A stretch of 64,000 nucleotides of DNA from Octopus sinensis (taxonomy: Eukaryota): NCBI RefSeq assembly GCF_006345805.1, contig NC_043005.1, positions 44,144,001-44,208,000 on the forward strand, in the 5' to 3' direction. Positions 1 through 12,105 of the stretch are shown here, piece by piece. Within the stretch, counting starts at the first letter, position 1, and every line of letters starts with the position of its first letter. A model generated the notes under the pieces. The model ran no database searches. It worked only from the letters and a program-made list of their open reading frames with translations, and was not told the DNA's origin. The position numbers and the translations under genes are program-made.

Positions 1-289
1 AGTGGATTTGGTAGGCAGAAACTGAAAGAAGCCCATCGTATATATGTATATATATATATATATGTATGTATGTATGTATATATGTTTGTGTGGCTGTGTC
101 TGTTGCCCCAATATCGCTTGACAACCAATGCTGGTGTGTTTACGTCCCCATAACTTAGCAGTTCAGCAAAAGAGACTGATAGAATATGTACTAGGCTTCC
201 AAAGAATAAGTCCTGAGGTTGATTTGCTCGACTAAAGGCGGTGCTCCAGCATGGCTACAGTCAAAGGACTGAAACAAGTAGAAGAGATA
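1..289 (+). mobile_element. tRNA-head SINE family A, 3' part (head outside window)
   Basis: Matches the body and tail of full copies at 5258 and 9569 (gtggatttggtag..aaactgaaagaagccc, internal TA tract, ..ccagcatggctacagtcaaaggactgaaacaagta). Confidence 0.85.
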
Positions 290-299
290 ATTCTAATGC

Positions 300-440
300 T
301 CTACAGGAACTTATTTTATTGACTCTGGAAGGATAAAGTGCAAAGTTGACCTCAGCAGTATTTGAACTCAGAATGTAAAGACAGATAAAAGACTGCTAAG
401 CATTTTACCTGGTATGATAACAATTCTGCCAGCTCACCAC
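300..440 (-). mobile_element. SINE family B fragment
   Basis: Reverse complement of the ggtggtgagctggcagaa..ttctgagttcaaa..gaggtcaactttgc head seen at 12225. Confidence 0.75.
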
Positions 441-794
441 CATGGTATTTTGAAGTATTAATAAGAATTTTTAGTTGTAGTTCTGAATAAGAAATTTGTA
501 TGTAACTACTGTGAATTTTTTTTTTTTTTCAGAAATCTGAAAGCCACAAACCATCACTACCCTCTATATAAGGCTTGGCTTATTGTAATATCCTCCAAGT
601 AATTATTATTGTTTTTAGAAACCAGAAATATTTTGATGAAATTGTTGTCAGAAACCATTTTAGTGTATACATAGTGATTATATGACTAGTGTATGTGTTG
701 TGATTATATCTTTATTCAAAATGATTTTCAATCAACTTGATATCATCTTTAGACACTGAATCATTAGCTGAATTATAAATCAACATCAGTTGAA

Positions 795-1255
795 CTTCTC
801 AATAAAGAATATAGCCATTCATTCAAGGAAACAGTATATTGAAAGGCTAATCCAAAAGATTGATAAATTTGTAAAGAGAATGTAGTGGAAAGTCTTCTTC
901 ATTAAATATGATCATGATTTGCCGACTCTCAACAACAAGTTCAGTTTTACGACCCAGAAATGTCCACCAGAAAAAGACGCTATTGGAACGTTTTGAAGCG
1001 GAACTTTTCTACTTAATTAGGATACTGAGACACAAAAGTATGATTAAATGATTTCAGCAAGTCTTTAAAGAACAATTCAAAAACCTTCCAACATTCCAGA
1101 AACATTTTTGTCTTCTTGGACAAAGTCAGAATTTTATAGAAAAATATCAGAGACTACTGATACCTAAAAACGACACTATATTTAATTCTATTAATCTAGA
1201 AGATAAGCAAATGGCTATCAATTTAGAAAAAGTTAAGAGTTGAATGTTTAGCTTT
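795..1255 (+). mobile_element. Decayed Penelope-like element, N-terminal part of RT ORF
   Basis: Hand translation with stops and frameshifts gives KNIAIHSRKQYIERLIQKIDKFVKRM*WKVFF, KFSFTTQKCPP, NIFVFLDKVR and SINLEDKQMA, collinear with the PLE N-terminal pattern (KNIPIPS..YL..LI.K...FIKRMRWKAFFF; KCPP; VFVPADKT). Also homologous to 31.3-32.05 kb. Confidence 0.8.
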
Positions 1256-1372
1256 ATGAAATCTTCCTTTTAAGCACTATAATCAAAATTTTATTCATAA
1301 TTGACCTTGTAAGTTAATTAATGTAAGTGAAACTGAATTGGGTATAGTGAGTAAAAGTATCTTAGACAGGTT

Positions 1373-1631
1373 ATATCTATCCCCACTCAATCGTGACTGT
1401 TCTATTAGAACAAACTATACTGTGGTAGTTATCATGAGAGAAACTCTCATATTGCTTTTTTTTCTTCTTTTTTTTTTGGTGCAAAATGTACTGAAAGAAA
1501 TGCATTTTGCATTGTGATTTTCACAGAGTGCATTTTGCACAAAAAAAAACAATATGAGAGTTTCTCACATGGTAACTGCCACAGTATAGTTTGTTCTAAT
1601 AGAACACTCATGATTGAACGGGGATAAATAT
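1373..1631. mobile_element. Fold-back (palindromic) MITE
   Basis: ~80-bp arms: tcaatcgtgactgttctattagaacaaactatactgtggtagttatcatgagagaaactctcatattg vs its near reverse complement at 1550-1620; the interior is also palindromic (gtgcaaaatg..cattttgcac). Confidence 0.8.
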
Positions 1632-1846
1632 TACCTCTTGATATTGACACTGCCTCTGTTGCTAACATATATCTTAGACAGTGTAAAAGTATTTTAGTCT
1701 CAAAATTAAACTAAAAACTGAGATAATTTAATGGAATGACTGCCTTAAATCAGTATACACACTTGAAACAGCAGAGATATAAAATAATGATATTTATATA
1801 ATCTATAACACGTTTGTGTTACACACAAAGGTACCATGGTACTTAC

Positions 1847-2021
1847 TGTGGTATTTATTCTCAAAGAACAACTTCTGAGAAACTTTGTGAAAAAAAACAC
1901 AATCTGGACCAAATGACAGCAGTGGACAGTCAGGCTCTGGTGTTCTGTGATGAAATTCTACATTATATACCATTCCATGTTTGAGTGTACACAAGCATGT
2001 TACAAATAATATCCACGCCAT
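1847..2021 (-). CDS. Candidate first coding exon (or uORF-bearing exon) of an unidentified minus-strand gene
   Basis: ATG in aaaataATGg context; open frame MAWILFVTCLCTLKHG..ENKYH with a hydrophobic start; consensus donor ACA|GTAAGT at 1846; plausible acceptor ttcactccttcaaagacag| before 2097. No homolog recognised. Confidence 0.3.
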
Positions 2022-2246
2022 TATTTTGATTTTTGTTGTTTGAATATATTTATAAGAGCAAAATTTCTTAGCTAGTTCTGAATGACTGAAGTGATGTCTG
2101 TCTTTGAAGGAGTGAAATTATGCTGAGTACATCATGTTAGCATGATTTGAAGTATGTTCTATTTTAAAGGTATTGAGTTCATAGGGAAAAGTTGTTTTCT
2201 AAGACCAAATCCAACAATAAGAACTGTTCCAGGTTGTTGTTTAGAT

Positions 2247-2592
2247 CAGAGGTTCTCAACTATTTTTTTATCTATGGACCCCTTTGATAACTCTTTCAAT
2301 CTGATGGACCCCTATAGCCATTCAGTGTTTAAAAATTAGTTTTATAGAAACTGCTTTCAAAATTCCTGTTTTGTTTTTTACACATTGTGTAGGTTGAACT
2401 GTGTAAAATGTTAGAGAAAAAACCTAGCTGTTTCTTGCAATACATACCAACACATACATCTAAAGCAAACTTTTTTTAGGGGTTCTTAAAATACTATTGC
2501 AGATCCCCAATTTATTATTTTGTTGTGTAGCCCCCCCCCCAAATCTTATATGGATCCTCAGGGGTCATATGGACACCAACTGAGAACCACTG
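2247..2592. mobile_element. hAT (Charlie-like) MITE
   Basis: TIRs cagaggttctca / tgagaaccactg; internal homology in opposite orientation to the element at 54559-55307. Confidence 0.75.
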
Positions 2593-2859
2593 TTTTAAGA
2601 TGCTCATGTTACAAACGATGCACACATCAGTTTGCCTGATTCTTATTGGTTAAGTAGTATTTACAAATAAGCACCTCTATAAATTAACCCAGTTTGATAT
2701 CGTTGAATATTACGCTTTGATAACAACCAATTTCATTATGAAAATAATCATGCATGCAGGTTCACTCCTTTCTCTTGATAACATTGAGTAAATAAATAAG
2801 TTGCTAATTCTGTTGATAAGAACTTATCCTAATCATATTCCATAAGGTCAACCACTTAC

Positions 2860-3023
2860 AGTGAGATTTACATTGTGACAACACAGTCCTTATTACATGC
2901 AACATGAATGGCTAACAGTAAGAGAGTTTCAGATAAAATTCCATTCTGAGTTATTTGAAGATTTTCACCTCACGATTACTGTTAACACAAATTTACACAT
3001 TGATAATTTTTTTTACATATAAC
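2860..3023 (-). other. Candidate non-coding (5'UTR) exon
   Basis: Acceptor ttctaaatttcag|G and donor ACT|GTAAGT in unique sequence; no convincing open frame. Confidence 0.3.
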
Positions 3024-3403
3024 CTGAAATTTAGAATCCAATAAATATTGCACATTTATAAAGTTAAATGGAACATTATAGTATATAAATATGGCTTCAA
3101 ACCATCTGCATGACATAATAAATAATTCAGTGAAAAATGCTACTGTACAGTTATCTAGTAGTTCATCTGATACACCTTAATTCTATAAAATGGTCTTTCT
3201 AAATGAATGTGTTTTAAGGTTAAGAGTAACTACATGAATTACAATATTGCCATAAAAAGAAAACAGAAAAGGTAAAAATATTAGATTTAATGCTCCATTT
3301 GACTTCAAAGTCTATACTAGTATCACTAAACAGTTCTTTTATCTATATGATAAATATTTTCAATGAGCAATAGATATAATATTTTATAATCTTTTATAAT
3401 CTT

Positions 3404-3630
3404 TTATTTTTTACTTGTTTCAATCATTAGACTGTGACCATAATGTGGCACCGCCTTGAAGGATTTTTTGTTGCATGAATTGCATCATGTCCAGTACTTA
3501 CTGTTGTTTTTTTTTAAGCCTGCTGATTATTTTATCAGTTGCCTTTTGCTGAACTGTTAATTTACCAGTATGTAAAAACACCGGCATCAGTTGTCAAGAG
3601 GTGGTGATGAGAACACAAAGACATATGCAG
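3404..3630 (-). mobile_element. SINE family A, 3' part
   Basis: Reverse complement of the family A tail (ttttacttgtttcaatcattagactgtgacc..). Confidence 0.7.
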
Positions 3631-3644
3631 AAAGAAATATGGAT

Positions 3645-4172
3645 CATCATCATCATCATTTAATGTCGGCTTTCCATGCTGGCATCGGTTGGATTGCTTG
3701 ACAGGAGCTCGCCAGATAGAAGACTGCACTATATTTCTGTGTCTGTTTTGGCATGGTTTTATACAACTTGATGCCTTTCTTTACACCAACTACCCCTCAA
3801 AGTGAGGTGAGTGTTTTTTACATGGTACCAGCACAGGCGAGGTGAGTTTTGGTATGGTTTTTACAGCTGGATGTTTGCCCCTCCAAATGCCAACCACATT
3901 ACAGTATGGACTGGATGCTTTTTACATGGCACCAGCACTGGAAGGGTCACCAAGTAACTTGCAAGAAAAGGAATTTTTGAGAGCGGACGGGCATTGGAGA
4001 AAGTGATCTTGAGTCAGATGATGAAAGGCTAGAGAATGACAGAGAGAAAGAGAGACAGAAACAGATGTTTTGCTCTAAAGGTGGTACATGGTTACCAAGC
4101 CAGAAAGAGAGAGAAAGAGAAAGAGAGGGTGAGAAAGAGAAAGAAAGTAAGTGAGAGAGAGAGGGAGAGAGA
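3645..4172 (-). mobile_element. RTE-tail-related retroposon with (GAT)n tail and pyrimidine-rich body
   Basis: catcatcatcatttaatgtcggctttccatgctgg tail; body matches 46500-47043 in opposite orientation. Confidence 0.65.
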
Positions 4173-4175
4173 GTT

Positions 4176-5162
4176 TTATATAAAGGCAGATTGTATGACG
4201 CATGTGTACAAACAGCTATGCTACATGGCAGTGAAACATGGGCTGTGACTGCTGATGATATGCGTAAGCTCACAAGAAATGAAGCCAGTATGCTCCGATG
4301 GATGTGTAATGTCAGTGTTCATACTCGACAGAGTGTAAGTACTTTGAGAGAAAAGTTGGACCTAAGAAGCATCAGTTGTGGTGTGCAAGAGAGACGTTTG
4401 TGCTGGTATGGTCATGTGGCGAGAATGGATGAAGATAGTTGAGTGAAAAAGTCCCACACCCTAGCGGTTGAGGGAACCTGTGGAAGAGGTAGACCCAGGA
4501 AAACCTGGGACGAGGTGGTGAAGCATGACCTTCGAACTTTAGGTCTCACCGAGGAAATGACTAGAGACCGAGACTATTGGAAGTATGCTGTGTGTGAGAA
4601 GACCCGGCAGGACAAGTGAGGCCATAATCCCGTGGCCTCTATCTGGGACGTAGCCAGCCCACTTATGTGTTCCTTTCCTTCTTGGGACACAAAACTCCAC
4701 TTGTGAAGACCTGTTGAGGCAAGTGAAAATCAAAATCAAAATCATAATCTATCAACATCAGTGGAATTTGTAGCTGTGATACCAGTGCCGGTGGCATATA
4801 AGAGAATCATCCAAACGTGGCCGTAGCCAGCGCCGCCCTGACTGGCTTCCGTGCCGGTGGCACGTAAAAAGCACCATCCGACCGTGGCCATTGCCAGCTT
4901 CGTCTGGTCTCCGTGCTGGTGGCACGTAAAAAGCACTATCCGATCATGGCTGTTTGCCAGCCTTGTCTGGTACCTGTGCTGGTGGCACGTAAAAAGCACC
5001 CACTACACTCACGGAGTGTTTGGCGTTAGGAAGGGCAACCAGCTGTAGAAACACTGCCAGATCAGACTGGGCCTGGTGTAGCTTTCTGGCTTCCCAGACC
5101 CCAGTTGAACTGTCCAACCCATGCTAGCATGGAAAGCGGATGTTAAACGATGATGATGATAT
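4176..5162 (+). mobile_element. 5'-truncated RTE-clade LINE (ORF C-terminus, 3'UTR, GAT tail)
   Basis: KGRLYDACVQTAMLHGSETWAV..MLRWMC..RRLCWYGHVARM..*..GRGRPRKTWDEVVKHDL..K* (4178-4619, one internal stop) is the RTE C-terminal signature. The 3'UTR has tandem ggtggcacgtaaaaagcac subrepeats and ends gttaaacgatgatgatgat. Confidence 0.9.
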
Positions 5163-5257
5163 GATGGGTGTCTTTCCATTTCTATCTACCAAAACCACTC
5201 ACAAGGCTTTGGTTGACCTGAGACTATATGGATATGATTAGAAAGAAGAGTTTCGTA

Positions 5258-5612
5258 GGCGTAGGAGTGGCTGTGTGGTAAGTAGCTTGCTTACGAAGCA
5301 AATGATTTCGGGTTCAGTCCCATTGCATGGCACCTTGGGCAAGTGTCTTCTCTTATAGCCTCAGGCTGACCAAAGCCTTGTGAGTGGATTTGGTAGACGG
5401 AAACTGAAAGAAGCTTGTCATATATATGTATATATATATATATGTATGTGTGTGTATATGTTTGTGTGTCTGTGTTTGTCCCCCCAACATCGCTTGACAA
5501 CTGACGCTGGTGTGTTTACATCCCTGTAACTTAGTGTTTCAGCAAAAGAGACCAATAGAATAAGTACTAGGCTTACAAAGAATAAGTCCTGGAGTTCCAG
5601 CAAGTAAAAGAG
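5258..5612 (+). mobile_element. SINE family A (tRNA-derived head)
   Basis: A-box-like gtggctgtgtggtaag, B-box-like ggttcagtccc, internal TA/TG tract; many paralogs in the window. Confidence 0.85.
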
Positions 5613-6024
5613 TATAGGTCAAATCTAAAACAGGAAGAGAAATGAGAGGAAGAAAGAGAGAAAAAAAGAAAAGAGGGGAGAGAGACAAAAACAAAGGGTG
5701 AAAGAAAAAAGAAGAAAGGGTGAAGGAAGTGAGAGAGAGAGTGTTAGTTGGTGGTCAAGATAATGTGATGGGTGTATGAGAGAGGTGTGGGGGAGGGAAA
5801 TGAAGAGACAAGAAGGTAAGGAGTAAAAGAATGTGAGATATATGAGTAGGGGTGATATGACAGAGCTGCATTAAGGGATGGGCGAAGAAAAGGTAGGCCG
5901 AAGTGAGTAGTAGTTTTGGTAGTAAAATTTGAGGTGGAGGGGAGAATACAAGGATGTCAAATTACTATAAATAGATGTGTGTGATAGGTTAGTGATAGGT
6001 AGGATAGGAGGAAAGAATGAATAT

Positions 6025-6425
6025 TTGTGAATATGTATGCTCATACATGCACATACACATATATAGACATATACATATGCCTATATATACACATGCATAT
6101 AAACATATGCATGCTCATGTGCATCAATATGCACGTAATTGCATACAGATTTAGTCACACACATGCACAAATACAGGTACTTACGTATATGTATATACAC
6201 ATATGCATACTCATTCATATATATATTTGTATATATAAATGCACACACACATATATATATACATTCGCACACATGCACATATATATGTGTATGCACACAT
6301 GCACGCACACACACATATATTTACATACACCCACATATAAATATATATATATACATACATAAAATACCTGTACACTCTTTTATACACACCCATATGTATC
6401 CTCTTGCATGCTCATATATGTATTA
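6025..6425. repeat. Compound (TA)/(CA) low-complexity tract
   Basis: Alternating purine-pyrimidine sequence; source of the spurious His/Ile/Tyr ORFs. Confidence 0.9.
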
Positions 6426-6514
6426 GTAAATAATTGTGAGCTTTAAAGTATGATGAGGGAGTTAGTTGAAGATTAAAATTTAAAATGGAGATAAGTAGGG
6501 TTATTGGGGATTAC

Positions 6515-6925
6515 CTACGGGATGTTGTGGATATATACTGTGTGGTTATTTAGGTTGCATTTAGATTTGTGGTAAAATTTGGAGTTATGAAAAAAGTGGT
6601 GGTTGCATGTGCTTAGGGCCTCATTATATTTGGTTAGTAGTGTTGCGGAGTTGTGTTTTAATACGTGGAATACCTCTTTAAGGTATAACTTACAGGCTAA
6701 GTGTTGACCTTGGTATGGAAGCCCTGAATCTATTATGAACCATGATAAAGTGTAGGGAATATTTCTATTTTTGATACGATGTATGTGGCTGGCAAGTGTT
6801 GTGGATTTACTGTGTTTCTCGTATCTAAAAGAATTTAGATGAGTGGCATATTGCTGTTTAAAAGTTATGGTCGATCCTATATATATATAGCTGTAGAATT
6901 GTGTAATGTGTTGAGGACAGTGCAT
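6515..6925 (-). mobile_element. Penelope-like element C-terminal GIY-YIG endonuclease fragment
   Basis: ORF YIYIGSTITFKQQYATHLNSFRYEKHSKSTTLASHIH..LSWFII..PY..CKLYLKE..LLTKYNEALSTCNH matches the PLE endonuclease pattern YIG.T..FK.RY..H..SFR..T.LS..IW..C.LC..EK..LLN.R.E....C.H. Confidence 0.85.
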
Positions 6926-6969
6926 TTATAAATTGCATTAGATCTTCTACAATGGGTTTGTAGAGGGAA

Positions 6970-7009
<40 letters not shown>

Positions 7010-7835
7010 TCATATTCCACCCATTTTGTTTTCACAATTATACCTTCATGTAACTTTCTTCTTTAATATTTAATCAAATTTTCTATAGCTCCCAGCTAAG
7101 TTAATTTTTTTTACTTCAAACACTGTCCCATTTATTTATATGCTTAACTTGTAAGTTTTTAAGCTACAATAATTGCATTTTTATTCAGATTTATATCATT
7201 ACCCTTACATCTAATTCTCATCTGTATGATGGCACTTACTTCAATTCCTTGCTATTAACCTATATCCTATATATAGCATAAGTTTCATCTTTGTTCTTTT
7301 AATTAATCTACTATTATAATCTATATTTTTCTGGAAACACAATTTTTTTTACCAATTTACCCCAAATTAAGAGGATTCTTTAGTAATTTAGTAATTTAAT
7401 AGTTCTAAATTATTGTGCAAACAGAATTATTCAAAACTTATAGTTCTCTTTTAGCATATTATATATTTTAGTCAGTTCTGATCTAAGAGTAATTATAAAC
7501 GTGATTCTTATGGAGAATATTATTTAAAAAATAGTATTATAGTAGCTGTTTAATCATACACACATATATGTACATATACATAGAAAGCCTAAATTTTGTT
7601 TTATATAAATTACAATTGCAACATTAACACTTATTGAAATAAAACATTGCCACCATCAATCTATATCACTAACTAACCAAATTACACTCAAGTATTTCTT
7701 GCTCTCTTGACTAAATATTGATTTCAAATTTTGGCATAAGTTCAAGGAGAGGATAAATCGATTACATTGACACCAGTGTTCAACTGGTACTTATTTTATC
7801 GACCCTGAAAAGTTGAAAGGTAAAAATCAACCCTT

Positions 7836-8069
7836 ATTCAGGGACCTTTTGAGCGGGATGGGTTACTCGACCAGAATAAAATTCTAACTTGGCTCCACCT
7901 GCAAGGTCATATGCTGTTTATCTTGATATGAGATCACCATGTCGTGTATATATATGGTTGTGATACATGTGCCTAGTGTACCCTTATCAGATAGGTAGTC
8001 ATGATGGGTATACTGGGCTTCATGTATTTTATACCAATGTCACTTTGATGGCATGCACTGCTCTCTCAC

Positions 8070-8104
<35 letters not shown>
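7836..8104 (+). mobile_element. Retroposon 3' end with (AAT)n tail, between two SINE B fragments
   Basis: More GC-rich segment ending ctctctcacttaataataat..; flanked by minus-strand SINE B pieces (7715-7835, 8105-8320). Confidence 0.5.
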
Positions 8105-8459
8105 CCTTTCTACTGGAAGCACAAGGCATCAAATTTTGGGGAAGGGATTCAGTCGATTACATCAATCCCAGTGCATAACTGGTACTAATTTTAATGACCC
8201 CCAAAAGGATGTAAAGCAAAATCGACCTCAGTGGAATTTGAACTCAGAATGTAGGGGCAGATGAAATGCCACAAAGCATTTCACCCGACGTGCTAAGAAT
8301 TCTGCCAGCTTGCTGCCTTAATAAGTAGTAGTAGTAACAACTAGCAGTACCCATAGAAATTACACAGTATGTACAAAGTTTTAGATTGTTAGAACTTTAT
8401 ATAGAACCATAAAAATTAATGTTCTGTTTGAAATTGTATATTCTGCCTTGTTTTATTTT

Positions 8460-8965
8460 TAAAAACGCCTTTCAGTTCTTTTGGATAGGCTATAATTGAA
8501 GGAGCATGACTTCTCCATTCTCTCAGCACATCAGAGTTTCATTTAGAAATCTAAGAGTTTCACAATGATTACAGAGAATATCCAAGTCATAACGTAGGCT
8601 CTGGGGGAAAAGTGGGTGCAAGCACTAGAATTATCAAGGGACAATGAAAATACTTTGAACATCGTAGGTTGGACCTGAGTTTGCACTCCCTCGGCAAATT
8701 TCATTCCTGCAATTATGTGTTACCAATGTTGTAACATTCAACCATATATTTATATCTGTTTTGGTGTTCTCTCTCATTTTTACTTTTCATTCTATCTTGA
8801 ACACATTCTCTTATCTGTTGTAAATACTGTGTTCTCTTTGAGTCAGATTTTCCCTTCTATGCTGCTGCTCTCATGCTTGTTCTTGTGATCCAACCCTCTG
8901 CTTCTCTTTGCTGTGTTGCCTCCACTGCCTCATTCTTTCTTGTTAGTGTACATCATCTGTCATCT
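8460..8965 (-). mobile_element. Decayed Helitron RepHel N-terminal fragment
   Basis: Minus strand reads LDILCNHCETLRFLNETLMC*ENGEVML, like the Helitron Zn-finger CxxCxALxFxxExxxxCCxxGKVxL, preceded by a Glu/Arg-rich helical stretch. Confidence 0.6.
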
Positions 8966-9350
8966 AATTTTGTAAACAAATATAAATTTTCAAGCAAGCA
9001 GGTGATAAACAATTGCACTTAAGCATTAAGTGATAGGTGATATAAAAAATTTAGTTCAGTAAAAAAAAAGTACAATTTTTCACTATCCACTCACCACTAC
9101 CACCACTCCCACCACCACCACCACCACTATTATCACTATAATTTTCAATAACAAAGCTTTGTTTAAGTTGTTTGCCAACCAAGATTATTTTAATTTCATT
9201 TCAGTTCAGTTCAGTTGCTTGTTTCATATCTAAATTTCATACTGCTGACACTACAAAGTTTGAATAACAAAATAAATAAATAAATAAAAACTATCCATGG
9301 CTATTTTGCCAAGCTATTTCACTTTCATTGATGTCATTGTTTATTTTTAA

Positions 9351-10023
9351 CCCTTTCATTACCAACCCAGCTGAAACCACCTCTGGCTCTGCAGCACAAA
9401 TGTCTTGTTTACATTAGTTTGGAATTAAAATCTTCCACAAAACCTTAGTCCCAACTTATGTTCCTAAACACTAGCTTAATGATAACAAAGTTATTTTACT
9501 AAATTCTTTGTTATATTTAAAATTAATTGAAAGGAACACAGAACATCTCAAAATAAATACAGAAACGTAGGTGTAGGAGTGGTTGTGTGGAAAGTTGCTT
9601 GCTTACCAACCACACGGTTCCAGGTTCAGTTCCACTGCCTGGAACCTTGGGCAAGTGTCTTCTACTATAGCCTCAGGCCGACCAAAGCCTTGTGAGTGGA
9701 TTTGGTAGACAGAAACTGAAAGAAGCCTGTCGTATATATGTGTGTATATATATATATGCATGTGTGTGTGTGTATATATATATATGTATGTGTGTGTATA
9801 TGTTTCGGTGTCTGTGTTTGCACCCCCAACATTGCTTGACAACCGATGGTGGTGTGTTTATGTCCCCGTAACTTAGTGGTTCGGCAAAAGAGACTGATAG
9901 AATAAGTACTAGGCTTCCAAAGAATAAGTCCTGGGGTTTACTTGCTCGACTGAAGGCAGTGCTCCAGCTTGGCCACAGTCAAATGACTGAAACAAGTAAA
10001 AGAGTAAAGAGTAAATGATAGAG
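9351..10023. mobile_element. piggyBac-type MITE interrupted by a SINE A
   Basis: Begins TTAA|CCCTTTC and ends ..gatagag|TTAA; related copy in reverse orientation at 41765-42404. Confidence 0.65.
9569..10014 (+). mobile_element. SINE family A, full length
   Basis: Complete head, internal microsatellite and aagtaaaagagtaaagagtaaa tail. Confidence 0.9.
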
Positions 10024-10964
10024 TTAAAATGAATGTATGTTAGGTGCAAGCAGCCAGATCCGGCAGGTTTTAACATAAAACAGGTGGAATGTTTGGGCTA
10101 AATATGACCAGTTTAAAAGCTAAAGAGTTAAAGGTTATCTTATCTATGGTCATTTGACATTCAATTTATATATTTCTAATTCAATTTTTTAATACATTGA
10201 GAAGGTAGGTAGAATATCATAGAAAACCAATATTAGATACATTCCTCATCTTGAAATATAACATGTTGGAGTCTACTGGGACTGCGATGTCATCTACATA
10301 TTACATACATTTTATATTGAAAAGGAGAGCTGGCATGTTATGATGTGAAAATAATTACAGCAAAGAGGGTTATATGAAAAGAAGCCTTGGAGTGATAGGA
10401 AATTCATAAATATATTAAAATTAGTTATATACTATATTGAATCAAATGATGAGAAACTAACAAAATAATGAGCCAAATAATAGGATAATAAGTCTAATAT
10501 TTTGTGGATGACTATGATGTTAGAAGAATTTAATTAAACTTTTGTTATAATGTGAGAAAGACAGAAATATTCCATTGGAAATGGAGGAATTAAGAGTTCT
10601 AACAGATTGAGAATTAAAGATATCATATATTATTACTGCAAGACATTTCATAATTTTGGAATTCATGTAGTATTTTAGAAAACTTATGACTATGTATAAG
10701 TAAATCTGGAATTTACATTGACAATAAACAGTAGTGGAGAGAAGTTTGATTGAAGACATCATATTTAGTTAGTAGATGCAAAACATAACTCTTAACCATA
10801 CAGTTATGCCTGCACAGTACAGTAGTTAGATATAGCCCCAGAATGTATAAAATTTGTTAACATGGGAAATCTAGAATCATTACCAGATATAGACAACAAA
10901 TACAACAAAAAATTACAAACGTTATAAATAAATTATCTAAATCAAATTAAGCTAGTTAGAACAC

Positions 10965-11112
10965 AGCATGCTGTGTTATTTATCATGAGAGAACCTCTCA
11001 TATAGACTTGTGGTACACTCTGTTTATATCACTTAGCAGTGATATAAACATGAGTGACTACATGCACCATAAGTCCATATGAGAGGTTTTCTTATGGTAC
11101 ATAATGCAGTGT
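10965..11112. mobile_element. Short fold-back element related to 1373-1631
   Basis: Shares atcatgagagaa(a/c)ctctcatat arms; centre gtttatatcact-tagc-agtgatataaac. Confidence 0.7.
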
Positions 11113-12105
11113 TTAGTCCCAGCATTTAGCAGTCACCATATTTCATTCCATAATGGCTACCTCTGATGAACGCAGGGTTACATAATCAGGCTGCTACCTA
11201 ACACACTATTGAATTCCTAGCACAAAACCAATCGGTAATATCAGCTGTAATGGATATATAATGCTGTACACTTTGACTAACATATATATATATATATATA
11301 CATATATACACACATGTATTTATATGCTTGTATATCTATATATATATCGTTGCTATTATGTTAAACTGTCATATGTCCAAATTTGGCCAAATGCATTTTT
11401 TTTTCAATATATAATTTTGCTTGCAACACCCAATTCTATTCCTCAAACTATCATATCTCAAGCAGCTTCAGATGCCAAGATATGAAAATTGTCAATGTGT
11501 TGTAGAACAATTTAGCATTTTTCAAAAGTGTAGTAAGTCAACAGTTTTACAAAAATATTTCTGACTGAAAATATCATACATGCAGGGAGTTACAATTTTA
11601 TGTAACCAACAAAGTATTATTGTTAAGCTGAAACTGTTGCTAAGGTAAAAAGAAACGGAATGGTGAAATTGCTTTTTCATTTTCTGAAAAAGCAATGTTT
11701 TGGACTTAAGACACTTTTGCATAATAGCAATGATGTATAGTATCTGCTAGGATTTTTTAATCCCATTTTTTCTTATATACTGTATTGTTGTATACTGAAA
11801 CTGTACTCCCCTCCTGGTAAAAAGTAGCAACCAGCTATGATATATACACCAGTAGCTGGTCAATAGAGGGAAGGTCAGGAGGTCGAGAGTATATGTAGAC
11901 TATGTTGATAATCGTGTCTATGCTGAGATAGCACTTGTACTGTGATATTGAGAGGACATTATAACAATCCAACCTTTTGAGGATAAGAACACTGTACAAC
12001 TGGGGGTCATACAGTACCAGATAGAAACATTCAATCAACAACTTCAGAATATAATAGTATCGTCAAAAGACAGAACCAACAGTGGCAAAAGACCACTTTA
12101 CAACA

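Noticed and set aside
11835-12041. IINIVYIYSRPP resembling a LINE APE endonuclease motif
   Set aside because: Single weak motif with no other collinear blocks recognised.
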